Below, piece by piece: positions 51,825-63,089 of a DNA stretch of 64,000 bases. The translations under genes and the position numbers were made by a program. The DNA lies in the NCBI GenBank assembly GCA_051294375.1, contig CM119265.1, positions 21,824,278 through 21,888,277 of the forward strand, given 5' to 3'. Each line of letters starts with the position of its first letter. Position 1 is the first letter of the stretch. Origin of the DNA: Paraspadella gotoi. Lineage: Eukaryota; Animalia; Chaetognatha. The notes under the pieces were generated by a model that worked only from the letters and a program-made list of their open reading frames with translations, did not search any database and had not been told where the DNA came from.

Positions 51825-54800
51825 AAAAAAGGTAGTTTCAGGCACCGCTTGTCCAAATAGTAAAGTTTTGAAAAAAGAACTGATTTAGACGAAATTTTTC
51901 TTAACACGTTTAAATAATTAAATTAAATAATTCATCGCTCTTAACTAAAATTGAAAATAAATGTTAATAGAACAAGTGTTTTTAATCATGAATAGAATAA
52001 CTACAAATATTACAAGTAAGACCATTTTTGGCTCGCGCGCGAGTTAAGGAGGGTCAATAAAATTAAATTAAATGACCGTAGACGTTGATTACCCGAGCGA
52101 TTAAATATGGAAATCAGTCACAAGACTTCAGACGATTAAAAAAGATATCACATTTAAACATGACTATTAGAGTGATGTGAAAATGATAAAATTTTAGAAA
52201 ATNNNNNNNNNNNNNNNNNNNNNNNNNAAAGAGAGAGATTTAATATTGTACTGTTTTTGAAGAATCTTGATAAATAGTTTTTTATTATTTGTGGGTTGTG
52301 GGGCTCCAATAATTCGCTAGAAGGTAGGTGTGTCAGTCATTGGCCTATTAATTGAGTGTTGGTGATTTTTTTAATTCTTTTTTGAACATCAAATATGAAT
52401 ATTTATTTTAAAAAATTATGGTCTCTCTGCTATCAGTCTAATCAGTATGTCGATCGCAACAAAAAAAACGACTGATTTAGCTTTTTACCACTAAATTTTT
52501 GTGGGGCCACGTTAGCATTGTTTGCTCAACTTGTTTGCTTATAATCCATGCTCTTTAGATTAAAATAAAATAATTGGGTTTTAAAAAATACAAATATTGA
52601 TAATGTTTTAAGATAAAATAAGAAAAAATAAACAAGTTGAAAAAATTTGAAAAAATGTATATTTAATTCAGTTACATGAAACAGTCTTGAAAGAAAAAAG
52701 AGAATTTAGAGAGAGAGAAAAAAAAGAGAGAGAGAAAAAAGAAAGGAGAATGAGCAAAAAGAGAGAAAAAGAGGAGAGAGGAGATAAAGGAAAGAAAGAG
52801 AGAAAAAAAAAAGTAGAGAGCGAGAGAGAGAGAGAGAAAGAGAGTAACGAGATAGGGAGAAGATATTTCAGATCAATAACTAGGTCAGAAAGTAATATTT
52901 TCTCATCTAAACTTGTGCTCTCATCCCTAACTCGCCCCTGGGGGAGCAGTGTTTTTGCTCCCAAGGGGTTACACCAGGGGCAGACTTTTTTTGGCCCCAT
53001 GGGGGCTAAGACATTAGGGGCGCCCTACTAGACCAAATGTTGGCCCCAGGGGTGAAACCCCCTGGGGCGGCCGCCTGAGGTCATCCAGCAGGGGGCGCCC
53101 GCTCAATAGATTTTACTGCTCCCCTGGAATAGTCTGGCCTGGGGCCGCCTAGAGCCACCCCGGGGGGCGAGGATTTGGGAGATGACATATCTCGATTTAT
53201 TCTCCAACAAATAAAACAGAGAGTCAACTCCAAAACAATGCTAAACAATAAACAGTACACTATCTGTATAGTATCTACAGTATCTACAGTATCTAAAATA
53301 TTTTTACTTGTTTAAATGACATCCCAATAAATTATTTTTGACAAGGGGAAACCATATGCACTTTATGCACTTTATGCAGTACAGCGATATTTTGGGAAAT
53401 AAAAATCATATGAGTTTTTTGCTGACGTACACAGGTGGGCCAAAATTTTACATTTTTTAGAATATAAAAAAGTCTGCAATAAAAGTCTTTTGTCCGTTTA
53501 CAACCAAATTGACTTATGATGTTAGTTTTTGATTAAATTAATTTTCCTCATGCATGGAAGCGTTTTAATATTTAACAATATATAAGAAATGCTGAAAAAA
53601 ATTTTTTTAAGAAATTTAAATTTTTATAAATGGATTCTGATAAAGATTAAAAAGTTAAATAAAGGTTTGTCCTATAAATTTCAAAAATTTTAATGATAAA
53701 TGGGCAAAAATTTGAAAAAACCTTAAAAAATCATCATCATTATTATCATTCATTAAATTTTATAGTTTTAATTAATTTTCATAGATAAATCATTGAAATT
53801 TCACAAAGTTGTATTAATAACCTTCATCTGACTTTTCAAACTCTCTCAGAAGTAAAAAAAAAAATACAATTTATTAAAATTAATTTTTAACATTATATAG
53901 TATTCGGATAATATAAAATAGCATCCATGCATTTAACTATAAGATAAATCTTAAATTTTTTTTATTTTCACGATCTTTAACAAACACATTAACAATATTT
54001 ATACCGGACTTCTGTTAGTTTGTAACCTGTTCCGACTACACATGGCAGGTGAAGAGATTAACAAGTGTCGAACGAAAACCAGGATATAAAACATTCTTAG
54101 AGAAAGAGAGCTTTTCTTCATTTACTCGGTAAGCTAAGTATAAACGAACTCTGGACCCCGTTTCAGACCACTCGAAAAAGATTTTTTTATAAAAAAAAAT
54201 TATTTTGAGTCCTAATAAAATGGGGAAAACCTCGTCGCCCAATATTGATCAGAATGCAAATGAAGAAGATACAGGTCAGTTTTCCTTTCATATATCAAAG
54301 TTTGACTAAAAACGAAGAATTTTCCTACGATATTGTATCAAATATACTGCTAACTTTCTCATTATTTTTTATTAAGTACATATTAATTAAATGTTCGGTA
54401 CAGTACGAGGGTGATAAGTGAACTGAAATCCTTGAACTATTAAAAAAACCACAATAATCACAATAATTGAGAATTAAGCAGGACTTAAAAATTGTTCTTG
54501 TACAATTAAAGATTTTTTACCGGTTTTAACTGTATTTAGGAAATGAATTGCTTTATAGCATTGAGGACAATCCTCCATGGTATTTGGTCATTTTCTTGGG
54601 TCTTCAGCAATACATGTCCATGGTTGGAGCAACTCTGACCGTCCCATTTCTCGTTGGTAAACGTAATAAAAAGATAGCAAATTAAGTGACTAATTAAATT
54701 CACATCCGCTTCTCGTTGCAGCGGAGGCGTCTTGCGCCACCTACGACGATTTGGCGCTGGGAAAATTAATCTCCACCATATTTTTCGTGTCCGGTTTGAT

Positions 54801-57800
54801 CACTTTTTTTCAAACCACTTTCGGAATCAGGTAAATAGTTAAGCCTCGGGCTCAGCACGACATTTATTCGCAATAAATTTTTGTTTTCTCGGAAATTAAT
54901 GGCTAAAAAGCAATCGGTCCAATTTTCAACAGACTGCCAATCATTCAAGGAGGAACGTTCTCATTCTTAGCTCCCGCGATAGCAATTCTCGGTTCGAAAC
55001 GATGGAAGTAAGTTCTCCAAGTTTTGTCTTTAGACGCATATTAAGGACATGAATGACCTATAATTAATGACATGAATGGCCTATAAATAATGACATGAAT
55101 GACCTATAAATAATGACATGAATGACCTATAATTAATGACATGAATGGCTTATAAATAATGACATGAATGACCTATAAATAATGACATGAATGACCTATA
55201 ATTAATGACATGAATGACCTATAAATTATCCACTCGCTCTCGAATCAGTTGCGAAGAATACATCTCATATATGAACGTGACGTTGACGGCAGAAAATTCA
55301 TCTATGACAGAAGAAATACACACGGAGATCTGGCAAGAACGACTTCGAGAAATACAGGGTGCTATAATCCTGGCTTCGATCGCGCAGGTGATGGAGGGAT
55401 GTACATAACAGGTGAAAAAAAAAAAATTTTAACTTTTGACATTTAGAAGAATTGAATATTTTCTAGATATTGATCGGCGGAACCGGCATTCTCGGTCTGG
55501 TGCTCAGATTCATCACTCCGATCACGATAGCGCCGACAATCGCGCTCATCGGTCTATCTCTTTACGGTGAGTCTTCAATCTCCGTCGATGCCACACAAAT
55601 CTTACCCTCAGGCGACTTACCAATCGGTCTTTCCCAATTTTCCCCTCCCTCTCTTTTTCGTCACGATGCGAATCATTTATACTTTTGAAATTTCCGCCAG
55701 GTGCGGCCACCTTCAACGCCTCTCAATACTGGCCTATCAGCCTTCTCACGATCGTGCTCATCACCGTCTTCTCCCAATATTTTCGCAACTTCAACATCCC
55801 CTGTTTCAAAATGACTTTCAACCGCGGGAAGAAAAGCAAAGTCGAGTTTGAAAAATCACGACCGATTCAGATTTTCAAGCTCTTTCCGATCATCCTCGGG
55901 ATCAGTGAGTGAAAGGGATTTTTTGAGATGACCGGAGAGACATTCCTGGTTGATCTGACCACCCCTCCGTCTCAACCTCCTCCGCAGGCATTGTTTGGTT
56001 CCTTTGCGCCGTCCTTACCGTCTCCATGGACCTACCGGAGAACGCCCAGTCCATCCGGACGGACTTGAAGATGGAATCTCTTCACAAATCAGCCTGGTTC
56101 CGTTTTCCTTACCCTTTTCAGTGGGGATGGCCTACTTTTTCCGCATCGTCCGCACTGGGAATGCTGGCAGGTTAGAACAGAAGATATTACGGCATAAAAA
56201 TTTCAATAGAAACACAGGAACTTGTAAAACCAAAAGCCATAAACCCTAAAAAACAAAAGGCGTGCTCGCGTCGATGATCGAGTCCATCGGCGACTACTAC
56301 GCCGCAGCGCGGTTTTCTGGCGCCAAACCGCCGCCCACTCACGCCATCAACCGGGGAATCTTCTTCGAGGGACTCGGCTGCCTTTTGGCGGGAATGTGGG
56401 GCACAGGAAACGGGACCACGTCTTACAGGTAGCGGGAGTTGTTCGTCATGACAACTATTTCAATGACTTTTTAGCACTTTTACATTTCTCAGCGACTTCC
56501 GGAAATATTTGGTTCGATTTCAAAAATTTAATATTCAATGAAAGCAGACGAAAAAAAAACAATACAAGCCAGAACAAATGAAACATCAGCTACAACAACA
56601 ATAATATGGCGACCCCTTTCTTCACTCCAGCGAAAACATCGGCGCTATCGGGATCACGAAAGTCGGCAGCAGACGCGTGATCCAATTTCGTGTGATTCAA
56701 TTGCAGCGGCGACGGCGATGGTTTTCGCGTCGTCGGCAAAATCGGCGGCCTCTTCGCCACGAATTCCGTCGCCGATCGTCGGCGGCGTCTATTTCGCGAT
56801 GTTCGGCCTCATCACCGCCGTCGGCATCTCCAACCTGCAGCTCGTTGACCTCAACTCTTCCAGGTCGTTGCTCTTTTGTTTGGATAGGCTTTTTTGTTAT
56901 GGTTACGTAAAATTAGTTCATTTTGTTTTTAAATGTTTTGCTATACTATGTTTTTTCCATTGAATGATTTTCGATCATTATGACAACTATGTAAATATTC
57001 TTGTACAAAGTCTGCACACTAAACATGATAAAATAGATTCATCCATCCTTGGCCTAATGCATACTTAAGTATGTAAAATAAAACATTCTATTATTCGTTT
57101 CTCCTGTTTTTATTATTTTTGTTATTAAACTTAGTGATTATAATTCTTTCAGAAACTTGTACATCATCGGCCTTTCTCTCTTCGGCGGTCTGGCGATTCC
57201 CAGTTGGTTCCAATCGAATCCCGACGCCATCCAAACCGGATCCTCTGAAGCGGATCAAATCTTCACTGTTCTTTTGTCCACTTCGATGTTCGTCGGCGGA
57301 GTCATCGCCATCTTTCTGGACACACCGGTCCCAGGTTCGATTCCAGAAGGCGTCGCAGATCGCGATCATATTTTTTTATGACTCGAATTCCCTCAGGGAC
57401 AAAGAAAGAGCGGGTCTGCTCGACTGGTCGGCCGAAACCGCCTCAGGCTCCAATGAAGACACCTACGACTGCCCATGCGGCATGGGGCTTCTAAGGAAGT
57501 TGACTTGTTTTAGGTTAGATCTTTCCGGCGATCCGACTGGTGGGTAACTTTTTCATTAACATTTCATTTAAAATTTTTTTCGACGCAGGTTTTGCCCAAT
57601 TTCTCCGACGTTCGAAGTTTCTCAGTTGAATTGCCGCAAAGGAGGTGGAGATAATCATGCATCGTCCTCGATCGAAAGTGGGCTTTGAAAAATTTAAACC
57701 TTTAATATGTTAATAGTGTAAAAAGACGTCATGCTTTTTCTTAGCTTTTAGTTTTAACTGATGAGGGATGAGCAATGATAACTTCAGCTTGAGCTACTGT

Positions 57801-58997
57801 CCTATTGCTTGAGCTTGAGCTATTGGCCTATTTAAAATCTGAATCGTACAGATAAAAAGTGAAAGCCTTAGAGGATAGCACCGTAACACTAATTTAAAAT
57901 TCAACATTTAAATAAAATTGTAAGTAAGCAGAGCTATTTTTGTTGTTGTTACTAATGATGTTTATATGTCTTTGTTTCGTTATATTGTTGCCAAAATTAT
58001 ATTGACCCTTTTAAGTTTTATACAATGTATTTTGTGCTTAATATTTTGTATATTCCCAAGCGTAATAGTAGCACCTGACCAACAATAGAGCCATAACAAT
58101 TAATCAGCATCTCTGCACCTGTCGGGCATCCGCACACGTGACCGGCGACGCGATCGTGACAGACAAAGTCGGGATTTTCTTTGGCGCAGTCGACGCCGAT
58201 GCAGTCGTCCTCGTCGATCGAGCAGTCGACGCCGGAGAAACCTGAAAGGGAGATGCGAGCAGGGGAGAATGGGAGATGCAATCGAAGTAATAGAAGGTCC
58301 AGTCATAGACCCAGTATGAGGCTATCAAGAGAGAATGGGAGATGCACTCAAACGGTTGAAGGTATTGTCATAAGATGATGCGAGCAATGAAAATTGTGAG
58401 ATGCACTCAATGGAAAAGAATACGCTCTAAATTGAAAGGGAGATAAGAGAAGATAGGCAGGGAGAACGCACCCAAAATATTTAACATGTGATAAAACGGT
58501 GTATTCCAAATCTAGCCTTACACCAAACAACTTCACACCTATCACACTTAAACGGCTCTCTCTCAAACGTACCTTCTTTGCAAGAGCATTGGAAACTCTT
58601 CCCGTCGTCTCCAGGGACGCACTTTCCTCCGTTGCTGCAGCGAGGAATTCCGCATGGTGAGTAAGGAATGGAACAGTTGGGGCCCATCCAGTCGGGTGGG
58701 CAAGCGCAGCTCCATCCATTCGACTTAGATGGGTAAAGAGAATTGTATGGAGAATGAATAAGATTAAATGAATTTTTTTTAGTTTTATATTTCTTTGATA
58801 ATGATAAAAAATGACGACGACGACGACAACAGCTATAATGACGACGACGACATTTATCTCACACCTGTTCGATACAAAGGCCTCCGTTGATGCAGCCGCA
58901 TGACGAGAGACTTCGGATTTCGCATCTTGAACCCTCGAACTCCGGGAGACACTTGCACACGAATCTGAAGAGAGAGAGAAGTTGTAAATGTATATCT

Positions 58998-59043
<46 letters not shown>

Positions 59044-62000
59044 TTGCCACGAAGTCCAAGCAAGTTCCTCCGTTGAGACACGGATTTGATAGACACTCGT
59101 TGATCCGTTCCAAACATTGAGGTCCTGAGGTTCAAGTTTGAAGAAAGTATTTTAGGAGAGAGAGAAAGAGAGAGAGGAATAAAGAGAGAGAGAACCCCCG
59201 ACTCACCTTTCCATCCCGCTGGACAGTCGCATCGATAATTATCGATCGGATCTTGGGACGACGGATTCACGGAATCCTGAAGAACGGACATACAGATTTC
59301 AGATTGCAGAAAGTTAATCATCACAAAGCAATATGTCCGAACGATTTCAATTAAAAAGATACAAATATAATTTTTTCTTACATTAAATTCAACCAAAGAC
59401 AACATTTCTGAAATTCAACTAGAGTGTCATGTGATTAACCAGTCAGTCATTTCAATAAAAGAAAATGACAGAGGGCAAAAGGTAAAAAGGATAATCAATC
59501 AATCAATCAATCAATCAATCCTCACCGCGAGCCTACACTTTCCCCCATTAAAGCACCGCAGGGGACAGTAATCCATTTCGCATCTTCCCCCATCGAATCC
59601 CGGGGCGCAGGTGCATTTGAAGGCGTCGACGCCGTCCTCGCAGGTGCCGCCATTGAGACAAGGATTCGGGGCGCAGTCGTCGACGTTCTCGTCGCAGGTG
59701 GCGCCGACGAGACCCGGCGGACAGGTGCAGGCGAAGGCTGCGAGGGCTTTGGCGCAGACTTTGGGCGAGAGGATGGGGCAGTCCACACTCAATTCTGAAA
59801 GATAAAGCAAATATATATTCATTTGATAATATTGCTATTACTAACAACCGACATATTCACATGACCTTTAAACTTTAAACTTACCCACGAAAGGCGCTTT
59901 GCACCGGCAAGTGTACTCCAACACGCCGTCGACACAGTGCGCGGATTTGGGGCAGAGGTTGCCGTCGCAGTCGTCGATGTTGACCTCGCACCTTTTGCCG
60001 GTGTAGCCGGGCAAGCAGGTGCAAGAGAAGGCATTGAAGAAGTTATGGCATTTGGCACCATGGAGGCAAGGGTCGGAGAGGCACTCGTCATAGTCCTTAA
60101 GAGATTGATTGATTGATTGATTTATTGATTGATAGATCATCTTCAACAGCAGCAGCATCTCTCTCTCTCTCTCCCTCATCCCTACCTCTTCGCAAGTCAA
60201 TCCAGCAAAGCCTCCCGGACACTCGCAAAAGGCTCCACCGTCAAAGTTGACGCAGCGACCGCCGTTTCGACAGGCCAGCGAGCCAGAGGACTCCGCCAGG
60301 CGACACTCGTCCACATCGTCGCGACAGGCGGGGCCTTCAAAGCCGAGACAGTCGCAGGCGAAGTCGTCGACGCCGTCGATGCAGGCGCCGCGACCGGAGC
60401 AGGAGTCGGCGTCGCACTCGTCAAGGTCGATGGAACAATCGCGGCCGGCGAAGCCTGATTTATTATTGATTGATTTGATTGATTTATCTATTTATTTATT
60501 TGCTGATTGATTGATAATGAGATGATTTGATTTATTAAATGATTTATCGATAAAAATTATGTTTTGATTGATTGATTGTTTATAAGTTAGATTTTTTTTT
60601 AATCGCTTGACTGATTGATTACCTTTCCGACAGACGCATTCGTAGCCGTCGTCCTTCTCGTAACAAACTCCTCGATCCCCGCACGCACTCTTCGATCGAT
60701 TCTTAACTCCTCCACCTCCTCCTTGAACTCCTCCGCCCCCGCAAGGCGACCCCTCTCGATCGCATCTTTCCCCGAAAAATCTTCCTCGACATTCGCAAAC
60801 CGCGACGCCGTCGATCTCCTTACAAACTCCGCGTCCTTCCCCGGCGCCGCAGGGATCGCCCACCGCGGCGCTGCACGGCGCCGGACGACAGGTCGGCGGC
60901 TCCCCGGGCTCCGACGAGCAGACGGCGTCGGCGCCGCAAAGTGTTCGCGACGCGCTAGACCCGGTCGGCGCGGCAGAGGACCGAGCAGGTCGGCGAGAGA
61001 TCGTCGTCGGCGACGCAGCCTTCGAATTCGTCGTCGCTGGAGAGGATCGAGGGGAAGACGACGACGACGACGACGACGACGACGAGTTATAAGCAAGACT
61101 CGGAAAAGTGGAGAGGCGACTTTCGAGGACGTTAAGAAAGAATGTAGTCGTCGTCGTCGCTATTTTGAGAGACAAGAGTCGCCGCCAATAAACGACTTCG
61201 ACGATGCGTCGTTCGCCATCGGCGAAGTAGCGGCCAAAGTTTGCAGTTCGTAATTCCTGAAAGAATTCGTGTAGGATTATCATTTTTGATCAGTTAATCA
61301 CTATTATATACGAAAATTATGAGCGATTATTTCCATATATGTACAACTTCACCATTCCACTCTTATTCGTCTCTGTCCGTTACCCTAAACACTAAACAAC
61401 TAAACAGTAAACAGTAAACAATTATTTCATAATTACCTTTTCAACTTTCGCGCCATCTTCAATGCGAATCAGATATAAGACGGCGACGAGTCTTTGATCC
61501 GCGGAAAACTTGAGATCGATCATCTGACCGAGTGGTAAGTTGATGGAAAAGACGACGCCTCTCGGGTGGCAAGTGGCGAATGCCATTCGCGTTGCCACTG
61601 GCGCGGATGAGGTCAGGTTGAGTTCTTTGAGAATTTGTCTTTCGCTTATCGTTTGGCCGCCGGAACATAGGAGAGTAACGAAGGCGATTGCTGAATTAAT
61701 CAATAAAATGACTTTTTAGTTGTGTTTGAGCGGCTCCAATAATTAATATCAGCTAATATTGGCGGTTTTACTAATACTACACCACTTATATGAAATTGGT
61801 ACAACCAATATAAAAATTTTCCATTCATTTAATAAATAAGCTATCTTGCCCCTGACTTTGGACAGGCTTTGGTGGTTTAAGGCCTCCATCACTCTTACAA
61901 GATAATGACATAGCAGGTCCCTGCAAGCTTTCAATCAAGACTCTCTCACAGTCTCGTTTATTCACTCCCAGAGTACCTGGCTTCCCTATCAATGAAGTGG

Positions 62001-62342
62001 AAAATATTTCAAAGAATGTTTCAATTGTATGAAAAGACCACTCCCTTAAGTATTAGATCGGGGAATACTTATTGTACTCCGCACTAGCATCAAAATACAA
62101 GGAGCTGAATTTTATGAAATTGGTACAACCAATATAAAAATTTTCCATTCATTTAATAAATAAGCTATCTTGCCCCTGACTTTAGCCTGATATTAGCCGT
62201 TAGCATATTATTTTGAATTTCGCTTCAAGTAAGACCAAAATCTTTATCAGTATTACTTTCTTATTAACCTTCATTCACTTCTATTTTGCCATTGAGACTG
62301 CTGCTCTTATTTTTTTTTCTCTTAACCGCATGGAATTCCCAT
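7517..62342 (-). CDS. crb: Crumbs apical polarity protein, about 41 exons
   Basis: Last exon has a TM helix, FERM-binding GTYSPS and PDZ-binding EERLI stop. Minus-strand EGF/cbEGF exons run along the whole window, with LamG exons at about 21139-24891. Splice phases match across the four large introns (58119->43590/51710, 41824->33904, 33803->26058, 20730->11821). Putative first exons 62327-62342 and 61437-61690 give signal peptide [18 protein letters not shown] few frameshifts at 42-43.6 kb and 58-61 kb look like consensus errors. Confidence 0.88.
8701..8842. repeat. (GAAA/GGAAA)n simple repeat in a crumbs intron
   Basis: Read directly; similar tracts at about 21510-21600 and 34283-34367. 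Confidence 0.9.
11520..11564 (-). CDS. crb: Candidate 45-nt phase 0-0 cassette microexon of crumbs ([15 protein letters not shown])
   Basis: Flanked by TAG acceptor and GTAAGT donor. Neighbouring exons end (CCG|gtaaga) and start (cag|GTG) in phase 0. Confidence 0.55.
12900..14220. repeat. Cluster of (AG)n microsatellites; others at 14948-15000, 23270-23355, 26774-26870, 27680-27760, 30410-30520, 32890-32990, 36275-36356, 51743-51822, 59002-59040, 63340-63410
   Basis: Read directly. These tracts produce the many spurious SLSLSL/ERERER ORFs in the ORF track. Confidence 0.95.
14619..20475 (+). CDS. Unrecognised large (roughly 1700 aa) low-complexity, repeat-rich protein nested antisense in a crumbs intron
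   Basis: A 3.4-kb open frame (15079-18462) splices AAG|gtgagt to cag|CGT 18530-18709, then 18882-20037 (Q/S-rich), then AT|gtgaga..aag|G 20262-20475 ([31 protein letters not shown]...). AATAAA at 20594. The 5' exon and start codon (ATG 14619) are uncertain. Confidence 0.7.
16789..17620 (+). repeat. Coding tandem repeat, 111-bp (37-aa) unit: 5 near-identical copies (17011-17565) plus degenerate flanks
   Basis: Unit [37 protein letters not shown] starts at 17011, 17122, 17233, 17344 and 17455. Confidence 0.95.
19130..19800 (+). repeat. Degenerate coding repeats of about 30 bp (QSKQSD / SQQWDQP motifs)
   Basis: cagtcgaagcaatctgataagc occurs twice 30 bp apart at about 19331 and 19361; SQQWDQP-like motifs recur about 7 times. 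Confidence 0.7.
21139..24891 (-). CDS. crb: Crumbs laminin-G domain block (three LamG separated by EGFs)
   Basis: LamG-type motifs [10 protein letters not shown]...[22 protein letters not shown]...IFIGG...DFKG, and [13 protein letters not shown]...[10 protein letters not shown], with intervening EGF exons. Confidence 0.85.
29459..29483. other. Assembly gap (25 N)
   Basis: Run of exactly 25 N. Confidence 0.99.
29740..30347 (-). promoter_or_regulatory. Candidate internal promoter and alternative first exons inside crumbs intron 26059-33802
   Basis: Two CCAAT boxes 32 bp apart (ATTGG at 30302 and 30334), RFX X-box-like GTTGCCGTGGTAAG (30012-30025) and GTTAGGCAAC (30338-30347), and three minus-strand GTAAG donors (30123, 30016, 29739). 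Confidence 0.45.
32478..32545 (-). other. tRNA-like 3' half / Pol III B-box (degenerate tRNA or SINE fragment)
   Basis: Minus strand AGGGTCGGGGGTTCGATTCCCCCCCCCTGGCC forms a T-arm stem-loop with GGTTCGATTCC. No matching 5' acceptor strand or A-box found. Confidence 0.3.
34894..41305 (+). CDS. ABCA3: ABC transporter subfamily A (ABCA3-like), 4 exons (34894-35260, 35481-35739, 36090-36264, 36440-41305), nested antisense in crumbs intron 33905-41823
   Basis: N-terminal ALLWKNF motif; ABCA3-like W.TERVFP...GPR...PGY..GFLAVQ; two TMD-NBD halves with intact Walker A ([16 protein letters not shown]), signature ([16 protein letters not shown]) and Walker B (LLDEP); C-terminal [10 protein letters not shown]. 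Confidence 0.92.
41797..41802 (+). terminator. Likely poly(A) signal of the ABCA gene
   Basis: AATAAA about 490 nt after the stop codon and 21 nt before the antisense crumbs exon 41824-41870. Confidence 0.6.
43611..43635. other. Assembly gap (25 N) at the junction of the duplicated segment
   Basis: Run of exactly 25 N. Confidence 0.99.
43636..51710 (+). pseudogene. Indel-riddled second copy of about 35350-43590 (ABCA exons 2-4 plus 8 crumbs exons); probable assembly artefact rather than a true pseudogene
   Basis: Near-identical sequence with dozens of 1-bp indels and few substitutions. Starts immediately after a 25-N gap and lacks ABCA exon 1. Confidence 0.85.
52203..52227. other. Assembly gap (25 N)
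   Basis: Run of exactly 25 N. Confidence 0.99.
52921..53185. mobile_element. GC-rich MITE-like element with imperfect terminal inverted repeats
   Basis: Left end TCATCCCTAACTCGCCCCTGGGG versus reverse complement of right end TCATCTCCCAAATCCTCGCCCCCCGGG. Internal CCCC(T/A)GGGG palindromes; sharp GC island in AT-rich intron. Confidence 0.6.
54220..57688 (+). CDS. SLC23A: SLC23/NAT (nucleobase-ascorbate transporter) family member, about 14 exons, nested antisense in a crumbs intron
   Basis: Spliced motifs [133 protein letters not shown]. Small indels near 56690-56760 are probably consensus errors. Confidence 0.9.
55046..55229. repeat. Intronic minisatellite, 8 x 23 bp (GACATGAATGACCTATAAATAAT)
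   Basis: Read directly; variant order A-B-C-A-B-C-A-C. Confidence 0.95.
61789..62183. repeat. Two identical 71-bp direct repeats (61789-61859, 62113-62183) around a 253-bp spacer in crumbs intron 1
   Basis: TATGAAATTGGTACAACCAATATAAAAATTTTCCATTCATTTAATAAATAAGCTATCTTGCCCCTGACTTT occurs twice. Confidence 0.9.
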
Positions 62343-63089
62343 CTTTCCCGCTAGAGACTTTCTCGTCGCGAAGAGGAAAAAAAAGGTTCGACTTATTTTT
62401 CCCTCGTTTTTGAATTAACCGAAAAAAGAGACGAGTGCTGCCGACGCGGCTGCCCACTCGGCTTCCGACAATCAGCAGCAACGCGGCGCAGTAAAAACAA
62501 GGGATTGTTTTCTAGACTGAAGTCAGAGGCAGCGTCTCTGGACGCATCATCGTCTGAAATCCAGAGAAGACGCTTTGGCAGCGTTACGATCAAGAAACTA
62601 TAAATTCAAGAGCGTTTTGTGTTTAACCACTTGAAAAATCCGTAAGAAATTCAAATAATAATCGTCCAAAGTTTTCCAGTCAGCTTATGAAATTATTTTC
62701 TGATTTTCTGATTTCCTCAATCATGTGTCATCTCCCGCGAAATTGCCGTAATCTAATACATGTCCAACACAACTGACCAACCTCGAGACGATACGGCCAG
62801 TTTGTTTACATTTTTAAATCTTTTTCGTGTGTACCGATAAACGGGCGTCATAAAAGATTAGTCTACTAATCAATTATAAATTTACCATTCTTGGCTTATA
62901 AGGTTTGGAAATACTTCATAAAACTGAAGAGGGATAAAGTTTGGAAACTTTTCTCAACTTTCTTCGGATCCAATTCACCTTAAAAGACAGATGTAGATGA
63001 CGACTTAACTTACCAATCGATCTCTCACTAGTAAAACCTCACCATAAACAGCCGCAGCCCGCTACCCCCTTCCTGCCTCTCCAAATAAA

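Noticed and set aside
55046-55229. CRISPR array
   Set aside because: Contiguous tandem units with no unique spacers, in a eukaryotic intron.
41963-61256. Separate Notch-, fibropellin- or eyes-shut-like EGF gene
   Set aside because: Exons join in phase, through the Crumbs-type insert EGF, to the LamG/ERLI part; no Notch LNR or ankyrin domains seen.
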